A program made the translations under genes and the position numbers. Below are positions 11,301 to 25,029 of a DNA stretch of 64,000 nt, one piece after another. How positions within the stretch are numbered: position 1 is the stretch's first letter; each line of letters opens with the position of its first letter. The notes under the pieces are model-generated. The model was given only the letters and a program-made list of their open reading frames with translations. It did not search any database and was not told where the DNA came from. The stretch is from Eledone cirrhosa. Its lineage: Eukaryota. The stretch is taken from assembly GCA_964016885.1 (NCBI GenBank), contig OZ024740.1, positions 311,426,001-311,490,000 on the forward strand. Reading direction: 5' to 3'.

Positions 11301-12294
11301 GAGGGCAGGACTTGATGGTGGCAGGGATGCGGCTTGGTTAGGCGTGGCAGTCTTGAATGAACACGGCGGGCAGGCAAAAGAAAGGGCTGAGGATGGGATG
11401 GTGGCCGACAGGGCAGTAATTCGGCATGGTGAGGCATGACGATGCAGTGGGACGACAGCGTGCAGGCAAGGGAGAGGGCAGGGGTTTACGGTGGCAGGGA
11501 TGCGGCTTGGTCAGGCATGGAAGTTTTGAGCTCTCCCGGAGTGTAGGCAATGGAAATGGGCAGGGGTGGACGGTGGCAGGGATTCGGCATGTTGAGCCGT
11601 GGCAGTCCTTAGGGACCACGGAGGGCAAGAATTGGAAAGGGCTGGTGAATGAATTGCGGCTGACAGAGCAGAGATGCGCATGGTGATACACAACTATGCA
11701 GTGGGTCGACGGCGTGCAGGGAAGGGAGAGGGCAGGGTTTGACGGATGCCTCATTATGCTACGGTAGTGGGACCACGGGAATGAAGAGAGCAAATGGAGG
11801 CTCGATGATCGCTTGAGAAGACTGGGTGCAATACAGGATGATGCGCGGCGGTATAGTCTTGATAGTCCTTATATAAGAAATGGAAGAATCGGCATAACAG
11901 GTTTGCTGAATATGATGAGCGTTAATTTAAAGAGACTTACGGTGGATAATCCGGATAGATTGAACGTTTTTTGTATGGCGGGAGTCGCGACAAATGGAAG
12001 CAAGAAGAATGGCGTTTTTCGGTTGCCGGAATTTTGCCTCTGGGGGTCCTCGGATCAAAATACGCACTTGCGTCGAGTTTCTTCGAAATCGGACGATTTT
12101 TGAAAATATCGATTTTTAGCTTCTGGGAGCTCGATTATCAATTTTTCGAAAATTTCAAGTAGCCTATTCCAATCTACAGGTCGAGTTTTATATATGTGTC
12201 AAGTTTCATGAAAATCGGATGAACGGTGTAGCCTGCAAGTTCGGGACACCAAACAAACAAACAACGCCCAACTTCACTTTTTATATATATATAT
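8319..12294 (-). mobile_element. Non-autonomous Helitron (~4 kb)
   Basis: Minus-strand 3' end cccgg-gaaacg-ccggg hairpin then CTAG|T at 8319; 5' end TATATATAAAAAGTGAAGTTG..(GTTT)n..ccgattttcatgaaactt, as in Lep1-like Helitrons. Confidence 0.75.
10050..11830. repeat. GC-rich ~175-bp imperfect tandem repeat inside the Helitron
   Basis: ggcatg.tgaggcatgacgatgcagtggg.cgac recurs at ~10225, 10397, 11078, 11250, 11424, 11678. Confidence 0.85.
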
Positions 12295-12328
12295 AATAAA
12301 AATGGCGAGCTGTGTGGTTGCAATTAAG

Positions 12329-12795
12329 TATAATGAAAAATAAAGGTTACGGACGAAAAAAAGGAGTATCCTCGTCAGTAGTCTACTAGGAATCATTGGT
12401 ATTTCTTCGCATTAGAGACAATATACCTCAGCCTAGGGCAAACAATAACTAAAATAAGTTATTGTACGCAACATCTTCTCTCGCTAACACTGCTACAGCT
12501 AAGACGTGTCTTTTTTCTCTCTCGTCAAAATTCGCCAGTTCTTACGTTCGGAATGAGTTGTTGACTTGATATTTTCCTATTTTTCATCTCTTTACGTTGC
12601 TTCACCCTTCGTGTCTGTTGACATGTTTTTCTCTCCCCACCCCACCCCCTTCTCTTATCCCAATAACTTATTTTAGTTATTGTTTGCCCTAGACTGAGGT
12701 ATATTGTCTCTAACGCGAAGAAATACCAATGATTCCTAGTAGACAACTGACGAGGATACTCCTTTCTTTCGCTCGTAACTTTTATTTTTCATTAT
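12329..12795. mobile_element. Fold-back element with ~135-bp inverted arms near (TA)n
   Basis: 12329-12463 is the reverse complement of 12661-12795 with few mismatches. Confidence 0.8.
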
Positions 12796-12816
12796 TTATA
12801 TAATATATATATATAT

Positions 12817-12953
<137 letters not shown>

Positions 12954-15900
12954 CGGATAAAAAGAAAGAGAATGAAAGAAAGAAAGAAAGAAAAATAGAT
13001 AGATAAGAATGATATATTGTAAGAAATAATGAAGAGCACGAGATCAGATTTTGTATGTAATTTCTATGTTAAAGGTCTAGTGATCTTCAAGTTCACTCCA
13101 TCAACTCGATAGTGATATCGAAATATTTTCATTTTTTTTTTTTTCTCTCCTTTAAGAAAGAAACCTCTAATTGATGCAATTACCGTCAACGTTTACTTTC
13201 ACCAGCCATTAGTGAAAATCAATTTATTTTTGTATAGTCTCTCACAAAGGTCATATATTTATCTAAAACTATGGTGTCGTGACATTTGACGTTCTTGTAA
13301 ACAGTAACAATTCTAATATAATTTGAAGTATAAAACGTGATATCGTAAAGCAATTAACCTCGTGTTGTGGATTGCAAATTCGGTAGAGCATCGCACAAAA
13401 GTTTTTTGCTTGGATTGAGTTCGCATACGTAATATAATTCAAAGAATTTTGTCTGGCACATAGAGAAGCGGAATAAGATCATTTTCATCTAGCTCTAATC
13501 TCTCCGAGGCAATTTACATACTGTTGTACCATCCAATTGCTAAGAAATTTAGATTCCTTTTAGGGCAAAAGGCAATTTTTGAAAGGAAAGAATATAATCG
13601 ATTGAACGTCCCTATGTTATTACTGGTTTGTATTTATTTTATCAAGTAAAAAAAATTATTGCTGTTGTTTAGGCGCAGGTCACTTTTATTTAGGTATACC
13701 CATGATCAAAGGCAACTGTGTCGTGACTATATCGGTATTATGGCGATATGTAGGACTCGCGTAAAGGCACGCTACGGAAAGAGCTAAAGTATGGTCGACT
13801 CGAGAATAATTTTAATTCATAATCCAAATTTGAACGAAATTTGTTTTGTGCAGCAAATAACAGTTTGTCAGTGTTTATCATAACCGATTAACGCCAAAGC
13901 TGGAAACTGTTAAGAGAGATTCAAAGCTACTTTAATATGAGATTCATCAAGATTACTTTTTAGATCACCCATTACTACATCCAGGACCAGATTTAATGGG
14001 AGGTAAAAGGAGGCAAAGGGGGATATTGCCCCGGGTCCCCAACTGTGGGGGGGGGGGTCACCAACGACGGCCGTAGAAATTTCTTTGTGCCCTCAGCTGG
14101 GCTTATTAGTTATAGGATGGTTGGAATTTTTGAATTTAATACCTGTATGTATAACTTTTCAATTCCAATTACTTGTGCCAAGCTAATTTTGATATGTAAA
14201 ATTAGGGGGTGTGCTACGTTTTCTAATTTTTGGGGTATGAGGCGGCCCCCAAAGTCTGAACTGTCTCGTAGGGATCAATACTCGGACAACGTCTGTTCTC
14301 AGTCTTCGTTGATGAACTCGTTGACGCCTATGAAGAAGAGCCGTACCTCTACACTGATCAGTTCCTGCTAATCGTACTAGTAAGATAAACAAGAGACAGA
14401 AATGCGTTAATAGTTGCTTTAAATAGAAACTTTAGTATGATGAAAGCCTAAACAGATGATCAGAAAGTAACATTTTAGCCATCAAAATGTAAGGTAAATG
14501 TTCTACCAAGGAAAGTAAGCCCATTAAACCTTGTATTGTACTTTGAGGTTTACAGGTTGTCTGTGAAAAAGCAGCTTACGATTCTGGATATAGCCATGGA
14601 CATCTCTATATATAACAGGGATACACAGAAACTTGAGACATCACAAGAAATTTCGTATAAGCTGGAAAATAAAGGAAGAGATACCGTTTGCAAAGCCCAA
14701 AACCAAAACATTCTGGACCGCGCCTATTTCTGTTGGACAAATTCCTCACATGATCAACCGACTCGGCGCAATACAAATAAAATAGCTCTCAGAAACATTA
14801 CAGCTGATGTACCTGATACTGTGAAAAACTCGCTATCAAAGGCGTACCGAACAGATGTTGCTGCGACGACAGTTTTCTACAAGATTCACACAAACTGCAG
14901 CTCATCAGAGCTCGGTTCAATGCCTACCGAAATTTTAGAAAAGCCACTACATCCATGCTCGTGCACGGTCACTCAATACGAAATACAAAGGTCTACACAC
15001 TGGGCACTCTGGACAAGAACTTTCAACACTCGATTATGAGACTCTCATAAGAGTCGACGAGATTCAGACATTCAAAGGCCGACTGTACAAGCAACTATTG
15101 TTACTCTGGCGATCGGAAATGTAGTTAACCAGTAATTGTCCCGCCGAAAAGCTATAACTGCATTTTTATTCATGACAAAAATTTTAAAAACAAATACTTT
15201 AACATACTGTAACATTTAATTCGGCATTTTGTAGTTTAGATTCTGTTTCAAAATTTGAAAAATATCAATTGAAATTTGTAAATTTCCCCAAATGGGGAAA
15301 CAATTAAATCGAGAATGAAAATATTTCCAAAAACCATCAACCCTACATTGATAGCCTTGCTACATTTAATGACTAAAGAAATAAGAATGAATCATTTTTC
15401 CGCATTTTTAATTATCTATATTAGCTATACTAATATATATAAATACTTCTTTCGAATAAATTTTCGAATTTAGGTATAAAGTGCCCAAAATATTTCCCCT
15501 TGTTCTAAAGTGCACCGTAAGTATTAAAAAAAATTTGAGACCCTTTCAGCCAAATATCGCTCCTTTTCTCGTTTAGAAACATTCATTTACATAAATTACC
15601 TCCCTTTCCCTTATAAATTAACAAACAAAATAAGAGTTTACTCCCCTGAATATATATTTATTAATTTTCATTGAAAAACGAAACAACATTATGCAATAAA
15701 AATAAAACTTTATTCATGTTAAGTTTGATATAGAAGACAGCTTTTCTTCTTTTTTCACTCCCTTTTTTTCAAGTCATAATTAAATGAGTTAAAACAGTAG
15801 CGGTTTACTTGTCGAATGATCTGCAACTTCCATTTCCTCGCCAGTGCTGTGTTGTATACTTCGACAAGATGAATATACGGATCCACATCGGAGGCACTGA

Positions 15901-16079
15901 TTAGTGTTGTATAGCTGACGTTTAATCATCTCGCTTTGTTCAGCAAAATATGTTGTATAATATAAGTCTTTCTCTATAATGATTCGTAAGAAAAAATAGG
16001 AAGGAATTAAATAGTAAAATTGATCAGGGGAAGAGAGAGGGCAGACTACACCTTTGGATTGGCGATACATTCACCTGCG

Positions 16080-17720
16080 CCCCGAGGAAAAGATGGTGAA
16101 AGCATTGACATGGAGAACAGCTAGTGACACCCGCTGCATTAGCCATTCCATCTCATGGGGCTCCTGACATGGGTGGGATGGACTCCTCCGATGTTGCTGA
16201 GGAAAACAGCGACCGGCACGTAAAGAAAGTGGTTGGTCACATCCCAGTATTTGAATATCTTCCAGTCCTCTGCGTTATGAGCAAGGATTTGTATCTGAAG
16301 TGACAATGTTGGAATTGGAGAACATGCAGTATATGGTACCACAGATTACTGATTTACATCACTGGAACGAGAAAATCGAAATCTCGGCTGGGCGTTTACC
16401 GTCACCACTGTCAAGACTGGCAGACTCAAGTTGTGATTCGAAACCGGTCACGTCAAGTTTCCTTGTGATGATATCATTCAAGGCGGCCTGTCGAGGTAAC
16501 TGACATCCACCGTTGGGACAAAGGAGCGTATGTAGTCCGACGATGAATCCACAACGGCATTTCTGTGAATTACATACGCGGAGGCTAAGGCACAGGGCCA
16601 CTCCAATGGGGCTGCAATAATCATCAAAAAGGGTACCGGTTGGTGATGAGAGCACCGAATTGAGCAGAGCATTGCTGTCTGGCTGCGAGGTAGATCGGAG
16701 TTAAACAAGACAGTGTTGGTTCAAGGAAGACTTACTCGTCGTGGAGGTTGAACTCCATTTGATATCATCCCAGTTGCGTTAGTGGGAGACAGACGATCGT
16801 CAAGCCAAACGACCAGAGCTGACTTTAGTACTTAGCTCACATTAGGTTCCGACGTCTTGTAGAGAATTACGTTGATTAGGGTACGACTGGAAATAATGGA
16901 TGAGAAGTAGATCAGTAGTGTCATGCCCGATGTTGAGTGGAGGCCGAGTCCAAAGAACCTCATGGGGAGTTTCGCCTGTTGCTACCCGGTGTCGTCAAAT
17001 CTTACATTGCATGTCAGATGGGTTCAGCGACGGATAGGACGGTGATGTCAAGTTCGTTGAGATATTCTACGCGAGGATGACAATGAGTACATCGTAACGA
17101 AAAATGGAGTTTGGAAAGGGCGACGCAGTTCCTCAGGGGGAAATCACAGGTTACCTATCGATGAGGCGTAATCTGTCCCCCATCCTTTCCAGGTCAGCTC
17201 GTTTGGTATCCAGGCATTCGTGTGGCTTTCGAGTGAATTGGAGAGCCGAGAATATAGACATTATGCCTCGGAGTAAAACGTACGTCAGTCAGAACAGACC
17301 GAATGTTGTATACGGCATCAACATACTGAATGCCACTGTAACTCACATTTGTCATCTCTGACTTGAATGAGTTTAACTCGAGTCCGGGGAATGATGGGCT
17401 GGGATATTGTTTTCAATGTTGTCAACAATGGACTCAACAGAGCCACCAACTATTACATCGTCCATGTGCCATACATTGTATGGCGAACGGATTGAGTTGG
17501 CAATGTCATAGACAGCCAATGAAAAGTGGAATGAACCAAGTATGTCATTTTGCTGGACACCCGTGGTGGATATAATAATGTTGCCAGCAGCGATGAGCAT
17601 GCTGGGTGTCCCATAAATGAGATGCACCTGCGGGACATTCCCTTCGTCAGCTGTCGATTGCAGATCACAAATATTTTGGCATTTTCCGACAGTGTCACCT
17701 CTGCAAGATCTCGAGCAACA
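16080..17720 (-). pseudogene. CRE-like non-LTR retrotransposon, RT + restriction-like endonuclease remnant
   Basis: GVQQNDILG..NVWHMDDVIVGG (RT); C.CG..H.LLC..RQAALNDII..DGKRP (zinc knuckle/REL); frameshifts and stops. Confidence 0.8.
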
Positions 17721-20700
17721 AAAGAATATCCAGGTTATTCTAGATTCAGTGTAGCATGCTTTTTCTTCCAGTCATCCATGCAGTCACCTAACCAAACCAA
17801 CGTTTTTTTTTTGTTTTGTTTTTTGTTTTGTTTTTTGTATTTTTAAGATTTCCTTTTTCTCATACATGCTTCTGCCATATCCATGTATTATAGATGTCTT
17901 AGGGGTCAAAATCAGTAGAACAGCTGTGGTCTTGTGCTTATACCAGAAATCCTTCATTGTGATCCAACGATAGAGCATTTACGGAGTCACTCGATGTGCT
18001 AGAAATAGTAGACGAATCTTTATTTCTTAAAAAAACACGTTGGATAATGTGGTCCTTTGTTCCTTATATATGAACTCGGCTAAAATACCTTAGCTCAAAG
18101 GTTCTCAAACTTTTGGGGCCACCACCATCTCCCTCACGGCCACATAATACCCTCAGCGTCCCCACTTCTATTTCCTAGTGAGACCTGCCTACACGCAAAT
18201 TGTAAATAATATATAATAAATAAAATCGTTAATTTATATATGATAAATAATATAATATATACTATCTCTATCAGTGAGCTGTTCAACATTACCAAACTTA
18301 GACCAATTACATCAATTGTCAAGTCAAGAGTACTCAAACTAAACGGTCATATAAAAATATCAACTCGTGGTGTGAGTAGGTTATGCCTGGAAGGAAGGTT
18401 GGCTGAAACGATGGCTTGATAATGTCAACTTATGGACTGGACTTGATGTTTGCTCTTTGAACTCTGCTGCTGGTGATCGAACTTTGTGGAGAAAAATATC
18501 TCATGTTGATGCGCAGTCTGCATCTGGCGGAGTTTTGTATAAACAAATATTATATATTTTTTATTTTACTATATCTATATATAATATGTATCATTTGATA
18601 TTTAATATACTGTTATATCATCTCTAGCGCTCCCTTGGCCCCAGCGCCCCCTGGACTTTCTCACCCACCCCACCCCCTTTAGATCATATGTCTGCAGAAT
18701 CAGTTCTGACTCATGGCTAAACAACATTATCATCATCAACAACATTTTTTTAATATATTGATTGTTGTTACAACTTGAACAGAATGTGTCTATCCTCCCA
18801 ATGCACCCAGTTGACTCTGACGAAGCAAATCTATGATGTCGCGTAGATCGAACAACCATATGGAAGCCCCCTCGATAGCTAATGTGTTGTTGCGAAAACC
18901 AACTAACATCAAAGGTGTTCTTATCATGACCATTCCGTCTATTGATACATCATCTTTTTGCTATCATAGACGACAGAGTGAGATTTGAGAGAAATTTGGC
19001 ACTAATCTTTGGTAGCTCAAGCAGTCACACAGGCTCCTTCTATTTGAGAGGTGCACGTATACAAAATAAACAAGGGAAACAACTAAGTAAAAAGAAACAG
19101 AAAATTACCTACCTTACAAGAAAATCTTTTTGAACTTAATCTTTCACACGAAACCAAACTACTACGTAAGGTTAGGTCAATTATCATTTCCAGTCCATTC
19201 ATAACCATGTTATTTTTTATTCAGATAGTGTGTTTAGAACCATATTACCAATATTTACTTCATTCTTTTTTTTTTCAAAAGTTACTTTAATTTTCATTAT
19301 TATTCTTTTATTCCGTAACTGCTTTCAATCATTCGTATATACCTCAGCACTCCTTTTACGCCTGATACTTTTTTTTATCAATGTCTGTTTACCGAACCGC
19401 TAAGTTAAAGGACATATATTCTAACAGCAATTTAAATAGTAAGGTAATAATTTTTAAAATCAAAGGCATACTTGCATTCAAAGGTTGCACTCCCTTTTAA
19501 TTCCTTGGATTGTTACTTCACCACATAAAAGCTTAAGTTCAGCTATAATTTTTCCAGTTTAATAAATACCCTGAGTCACTAAACTCCAGATCCTTTCGTC
19601 TCTAGGATAGCTTCGCTGCTATATTAAAGTATATACCACTCTACTCATGTATTGAGATCGTTTCTCCTGTTTCAACAATAATATATATATATGTATTATT
19701 TAAGTTTATCATTTTAAAAAAAGCATTTTACTGTGTACGCATGCGTGTTTGTATGTGTATATAGGTGTTCTTGTGCATGTGCACATAAGTGTATGTATGT
19801 ATATAATTGTGTGTTATGCTTTTTCTCTCATCCATTTATCTCTGCTAACATAGGTGTAATTTTTATAATAGTTTGGACATTTGCAAACAGTTGAATTAGA
19901 TTTTATATATATATATTGCAATGTTAATGATTAAACCTTACTGCTTGTGTCACACAGCCCTATCACACAAACTGAAAATCTGTACTATTTTGTTTGACGG
20001 ATATGGCCAGGCTAAACAACAATAACAATGCAAACTGCGAGCTAGCGAGGAGACCTTTAAATGGTGTTAGATCTGTTAGAAATAGCAGCAAAATCTCCCC
20101 CAAATCACACCAGTTTGTCTTTTTAAAAGGGAAAGATACATTGTGTATACGCTTATTCTGTAAATACCTGTACAAATTAATGAAAGTAATATGTACACAA
20201 TCATGAAATTATTAGTAGTTTACCTTTTTACTTTCTAGATTAATTTGGACGAGTATTTACGAACAATACTTACTGTAATGAAAGTTGTCTTTGCGTATTG
20301 GTTTGCTTCAAAGTGTTTAGTTAACCTTTATGATGTGATGTGCGGTTGATTGTCGCACTTGGTGGTGAATTGATGGTAGTTTTTGTTTTTGCTTCCCCTC
20401 CCTGTTTTCTTCTTTTTTTTCTCTCTTTTATGCGTTTATATTTGTGTTTATCAACGACATTATATTTGTAATGTTCTTCTGAACGAATTGCGAGCAATTT
20501 ATAGTGTTATTTACGCATTTATATATACTAGCAGAAGAACCGCCTACCGAACGGTTTTCTGCTACCATATATAGTGTGTATATTGATATACGCAAATATA
20601 TATATGCACATAGACATAATACGTAAATTGACAATATGCACATAAACTGAACAAAGACTGTGTTACACTTACTTCTGTAATCAGTAAAGTAATCCATGAT

Positions 20701-21050
20701 ACATTTTTAAAAAAGGCGATAATGGAGATGGAAAAGCGATGAAACTGTTGACGGAAAATGTTCATGAATCTTCACTTGAGAATGTCGATGGGAAGCTTCA
20801 AGCAGTGAATTTGAAAATAGATGCTGCTGGTATGAATGAATGAATTACATTTACCAATATGAAGAGTTGACCTTCGCTATATTGTTGTTTTACTGTATTC
20901 ACATATAGACTTCTTAAGTTTTGTAGTGTCCCTTTTCTAGCAGTTAAAAAGAAACTGAAATACATTTCAACTAAAAGAGAGTGATAGCTGTTTCACATCA
21001 CTGTAGAATTTCTTTGTAGACACAGTTGTCAGCAAACAGACCCCTTTCAT

Positions 21051-21710
21051 TTAATTTTTTTTTTTTTTTGTAACTCGTGATAATGCAACATACATCTGAC
21101 CATGTGAGAAGAATTGTGTTGGTAGATATACACCTATCTTTTCAAATGTCTGCCCTTGTGCCTTGTTGCATGTAAGGGCAAAGGCTGATTTGACAGGAAA
21201 TTGCTTGCGAGTAAAGGTGAAAGGGAACTCAAGCTCTTGAGATACATGTGGTATCCTTGGGATTAGCAACCTTGTTCCAGCATTGGGACCCAATGCCACT
21301 TCAGCTTCAATTACATGATTATGTAAACTGATGATGATGTAGCGTGTACCATGCCTGTTTAGAGGATCCAGATTTCTTAGAAGCATGATGCAACTGCCTT
21401 TCTTCAGTTTAAGTATGTGTGTTGGGAAGCCTGATGGGGTAAGTTTGTTGATGAACTCAATTGGATATTGCAGTTCATTATCTACTGTATCAGAGCTTCT
21501 GTAGATTATTTCATGACCAGGGAACTTGTGGACCATGAACTCATTCACCAATCTTGTTGCATCATTTGTTGGAGTGATAATGGCTCTATTTTCAAGCCAT
21601 AGTGGGGTTTGTGTAGTTTCCTGGAAGATTTGAATACACAAAATCACACAGTCCAGACACATTACTATATTCCAGACAAAGTTAATTTGGCAGAAGAATT
21701 GTGAATGCAC
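21051..21710 (-). pseudogene. Helitron PIF1 helicase C-terminal fragment
   Basis: IMLLRNLDP..GTRY; RKQFPV; FALTCNKAQGQT; FSHGQMYVALSRV. Confidence 0.92.
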
Positions 21711-21815
21711 CTACAGTTGGAACAGTTGGAATGTTACCATTTCCCACATCAAGAAGGTAGTTTGCAAACTGTCTTTCATCAGAATCCTCTGCATTAATTA
21801 ACCGTTGATTGGTTG

Positions 21816-23396
21816 TCATCTCCATGGTTTCCAAAGATAGGATCTCTTGATGGTTGCCTCAACTATTTGTGGTCTAACACCATGACGTACAACTGGAAGA
21901 ATTTGCTTCCAGTCACTAGATAGTAATACTGTTAGACCACCAAATGGCTTTTTGCAATCTCGAACATCTTTCAAGCTCCTGTCAAGGCATTCAAAGATAT
22001 GCTTATGTCCCATACCTATCTCATCAATGATTAGCAGGTCAGCTTGCTGCATAAGTTTACCTGTGTCATCCCTCTTTGTGAAGAAGCAAGTTGATTCAGC
22101 AGTCACATTGAGAGGAATCTTGCACTTGGAATGAAGAGTTCTACATTTGTGAAGCAAAGTGGCTGCTATTCCAGATATGGCAGTGGCAAGTGTAATTTTA
22201 TTTTTAGATCGGAGGTAATCCAACAGGATGTTTTTGACATAGGTCTTTCCTGTACCTGCACTTGAATTCAAGCAGAAAATTCTGCTTTCATTTTCATTTA
22301 CAGAGGTGATTACTTTGTGAAAAATAACCAGTTGCTCAGGATTCAATGTTGGCAGAAGTTCATTTATATTTGCTTGTAGTTGGTGTGTATTGAAATCAGT
22401 TTCTGCCATAATAACTCTGTTGATTTCTGGTATGGCAACAATAGTTGGGTCTGGCCGATGAAGTCCATAGTTGGCCATCATGTTGGAGTCCAAGCCATCA
22501 TGTTGAAGTCTTTGTTGGATCTTCTGTAGAACAATCTCCACGGTTTGCATGGACATGACTTGCTCATGACGTTCATGCATGATATCCTCTGCAAGACAAT
22601 TCTTCCATTTCTCCCAGAACTGCAGAGGGTCATTTGGCATGCAGTACAATAAAATGGGGCAGAAGATCTCTCGCAGCTGAGGACCAAGCGTAATGGATGA
22701 GGCCACTTCCATAGCTTTGTCTTTTTCTCCATCTTCATCTAACAGACCAAGTTTCCTGCATGCTTCTTGGAATGTTGGAAATTCAACTCCTTCAATTGTC
22801 CTCAAATATTTGTATGAAGTTGACCTACCCTTGTGGTGTAGTATCATCCTGAGGTAATATAATTCAGATTGATGTCTACTGAGAGATACTGTTGGAATGC
22901 GTCCAAGAGATTCACTCATAAATTGTTGATCACCATCCAGATGTCCCTTTTTTCTTCTTTGCCACTTTTTGTTTGCCCAAGTGAAATATTTAGGAATATC
23001 AATATACAATATGTTCTGTGCCAGTGGGTCTCTAATATTCAGTTGAAAATATTCCGTCAACTTAGTCATTGGCTGTCCCCTAGAAACAAGACTTTCTTCC
23101 TGCCTTCGCTCATACACGACCATTTGTTCCCCAGGTAAATGGCAAGGCAACTTTTCAAGTGGCGGTTTTCGATGATGTAATGGAAATTTATAGATTTTCC
23201 AGAATGCTTCACTGGCTGAGATGTACCGTGCATTGATATAGGTCTCAATCTTATTTTGGGCATGGACACAATTTCCTTGATCATCCTTAATAGTGAAAGT
23301 GATCTTGTCTGATCCTTTTGTGATGTACTTATATAAGTACTTAACAGCCTTGACACTGTGGTCAACCTCACAATTGATGTGGCACTGATATCTCAA
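21816..23396 (-). pseudogene. Helitron Rep motif 3 to helicase N-terminal fragment
   Basis: KYLYKYITKG; RYISASEAFW; YYLRMIL; Walker A-like SSAGTGKT; IIDEIGM; PFGGL..DWKQILPV. Confidence 0.92.
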
Positions 23397-24031
23397 TGAG
23401 AGGAAAGGGTTGTATGGAACAATCCAACGATTATCAACAGTAAATTATTGACCTTTAAGTTGGATTGTATGGGTGTGACCACCATGCTGTCTTCCCTTCT
23501 TCTATACTCCGGAAAGGAATTTTCGGCAACAAATGTGGTTTGTCTGAATGCCTTGGGATAACTTTTTGAGCAATGGCGTTGTTGTCCTAGCCCTTCCATA
23601 CATGAGCACATCATATTAGCTTGTCCACATGGGCCATGAATGTTGCAGGATGTGATGATCTTATGCAGAATTGGATTGGTCTCTTTATCAGGAATCTCAC
23701 AGTACACTACCTGATCAATGGCATCAGCAGTTTTGGGCTTGCTATCTTCAGCCATTATCAGCAGAATATGAGCATGAGTGAGGCCTCGTTTTCTGCCACT
23801 CTATTGTAGCAGAATGAGCCACAACTTTTTCTAGGACATTATTTCATCCCAGTTAGAGTTAGTTGTTACTTTGATGAAATAAGATGGCTTTCCTATGTGT
23901 CGAACCACAGTCATCGAATTCTGAAAGCACTCACTGTAGAAGCGAGGGGAACCATAGATTGAAGGAGGAAGAACAATTCTCCGGCCTGCACTTGTTTCAG
24001 ACGTTAGACTGTGCCCATGCTGGGATATCAC
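23393..24031 (-). pseudogene. Helitron Rep (HUH) domain fragments
   Basis: LPPS.YGSPR and F.KVTTNSNW (motif 1); EWQKRGLTHAHILL at ~23760-23805 (HUH motif); HGPCG; YRRR. Confidence 0.88.
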
Positions 24032-24555
24032 AATTAAAGGATTTTCTTGACCTCAATTCCAGTACATATATTTTAAAATCTAGTACTTATTTTATTGATC
24101 TCTTCTATTCTCTTTGAAACGTGTGTGTGTGTGTCTATGTGTTCATATGTATGATGGTACCCTATCGCTTGCGACGAGGATTCTGCCTGAAATTAAGGTG
24201 AGAGTGTCTGAGCATTCCATAGACACGTATAACGGAGGGTTTCAGGGTGGGACTACATTGATTCTTCGACTTACTGGCAGAGTACACTTTTTTTACTTCA
24301 ATGGAGAGAAGAAAGGCGAAATAAAGTGTCTTGCTCAAAAACACAACGCACTGATGGGATTCGAACTCTCAACATTACAATCACGAGACACACACACGGA
24401 CATAAACGCACACACACATGCACACATACACAGATACAGTAATACACATATGCACACACACACATAAGCAAACAGATACGCACACATATACATATATATA
24501 CATAAACACTTATGCGCACACACAGATACACACAGATACACACATATAAACACAC

Positions 24556-24607
<52 letters not shown>

Positions 24608-24837
24608 AGTGAGTCTATGTACTTATGCAATGGTAAAAAGAATATACCCCTGTGGATTGAATCATTGGTACTGTAGTAAATAATCCTTTCCTTATTTCCA
24701 CATCTTCACATACATACACACAGCCACGTATACAGATAACCACACTATCGTCTATCTTTCTATCTACCTACCTATATATATCTATGTATCGATCTATCAA
24801 CCTATCTATCTACCTGCCAACCTACCTGTCTATCTAC

Positions 24838-24868
<31 letters not shown>

Positions 24869-24990
24869 ATATCTATTCTAGAGAGTGTGTCCGTCAGATG
24901 TATTATTACATTTCAAGAATTACGAAGAATTTGCAAGTTACTTCATCCGGGGAGGATTAATAATAGCTTCACTAACCTCGGAAGACGATT

Positions 24991-25026
<36 letters not shown>

Positions 25027-25029
<3 letters not shown>

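Larger units (their letters stand above)
20528..24040 (-). mobile_element. Decayed autonomous-type Helitron (Rep/PIF1)
   Basis: Rep and helicase fragments in order; C-terminal DNCVYKEILQ*; 3' hairpin and CTAG|T at 20528. Confidence 0.92.

Noticed and set aside
10071-11793. Pro/Cys/His-rich ORFs of up to 231 aa
   Set aside because: Open in several frames because of the GC-rich tandem repeat; no domain motifs
12747-12765. CTGACGA as a hammerhead core
   Set aside because: No downstream GAAA or stem III
14536-15039. 167-aa ORF
   Set aside because: Non-ATG start and no recognisable motif; possibly a decayed transposase, but not supportable
19106-19206. Possible minus-strand exon ending AAG|GTAGGT
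   Set aside because: Donor-like site only; no homology or partner exons
21051-23396. Host PIF1 helicase gene
   Set aside because: Linked to Rep HUH motifs and a Helitron terminus; frameshifted with a degenerate Walker A
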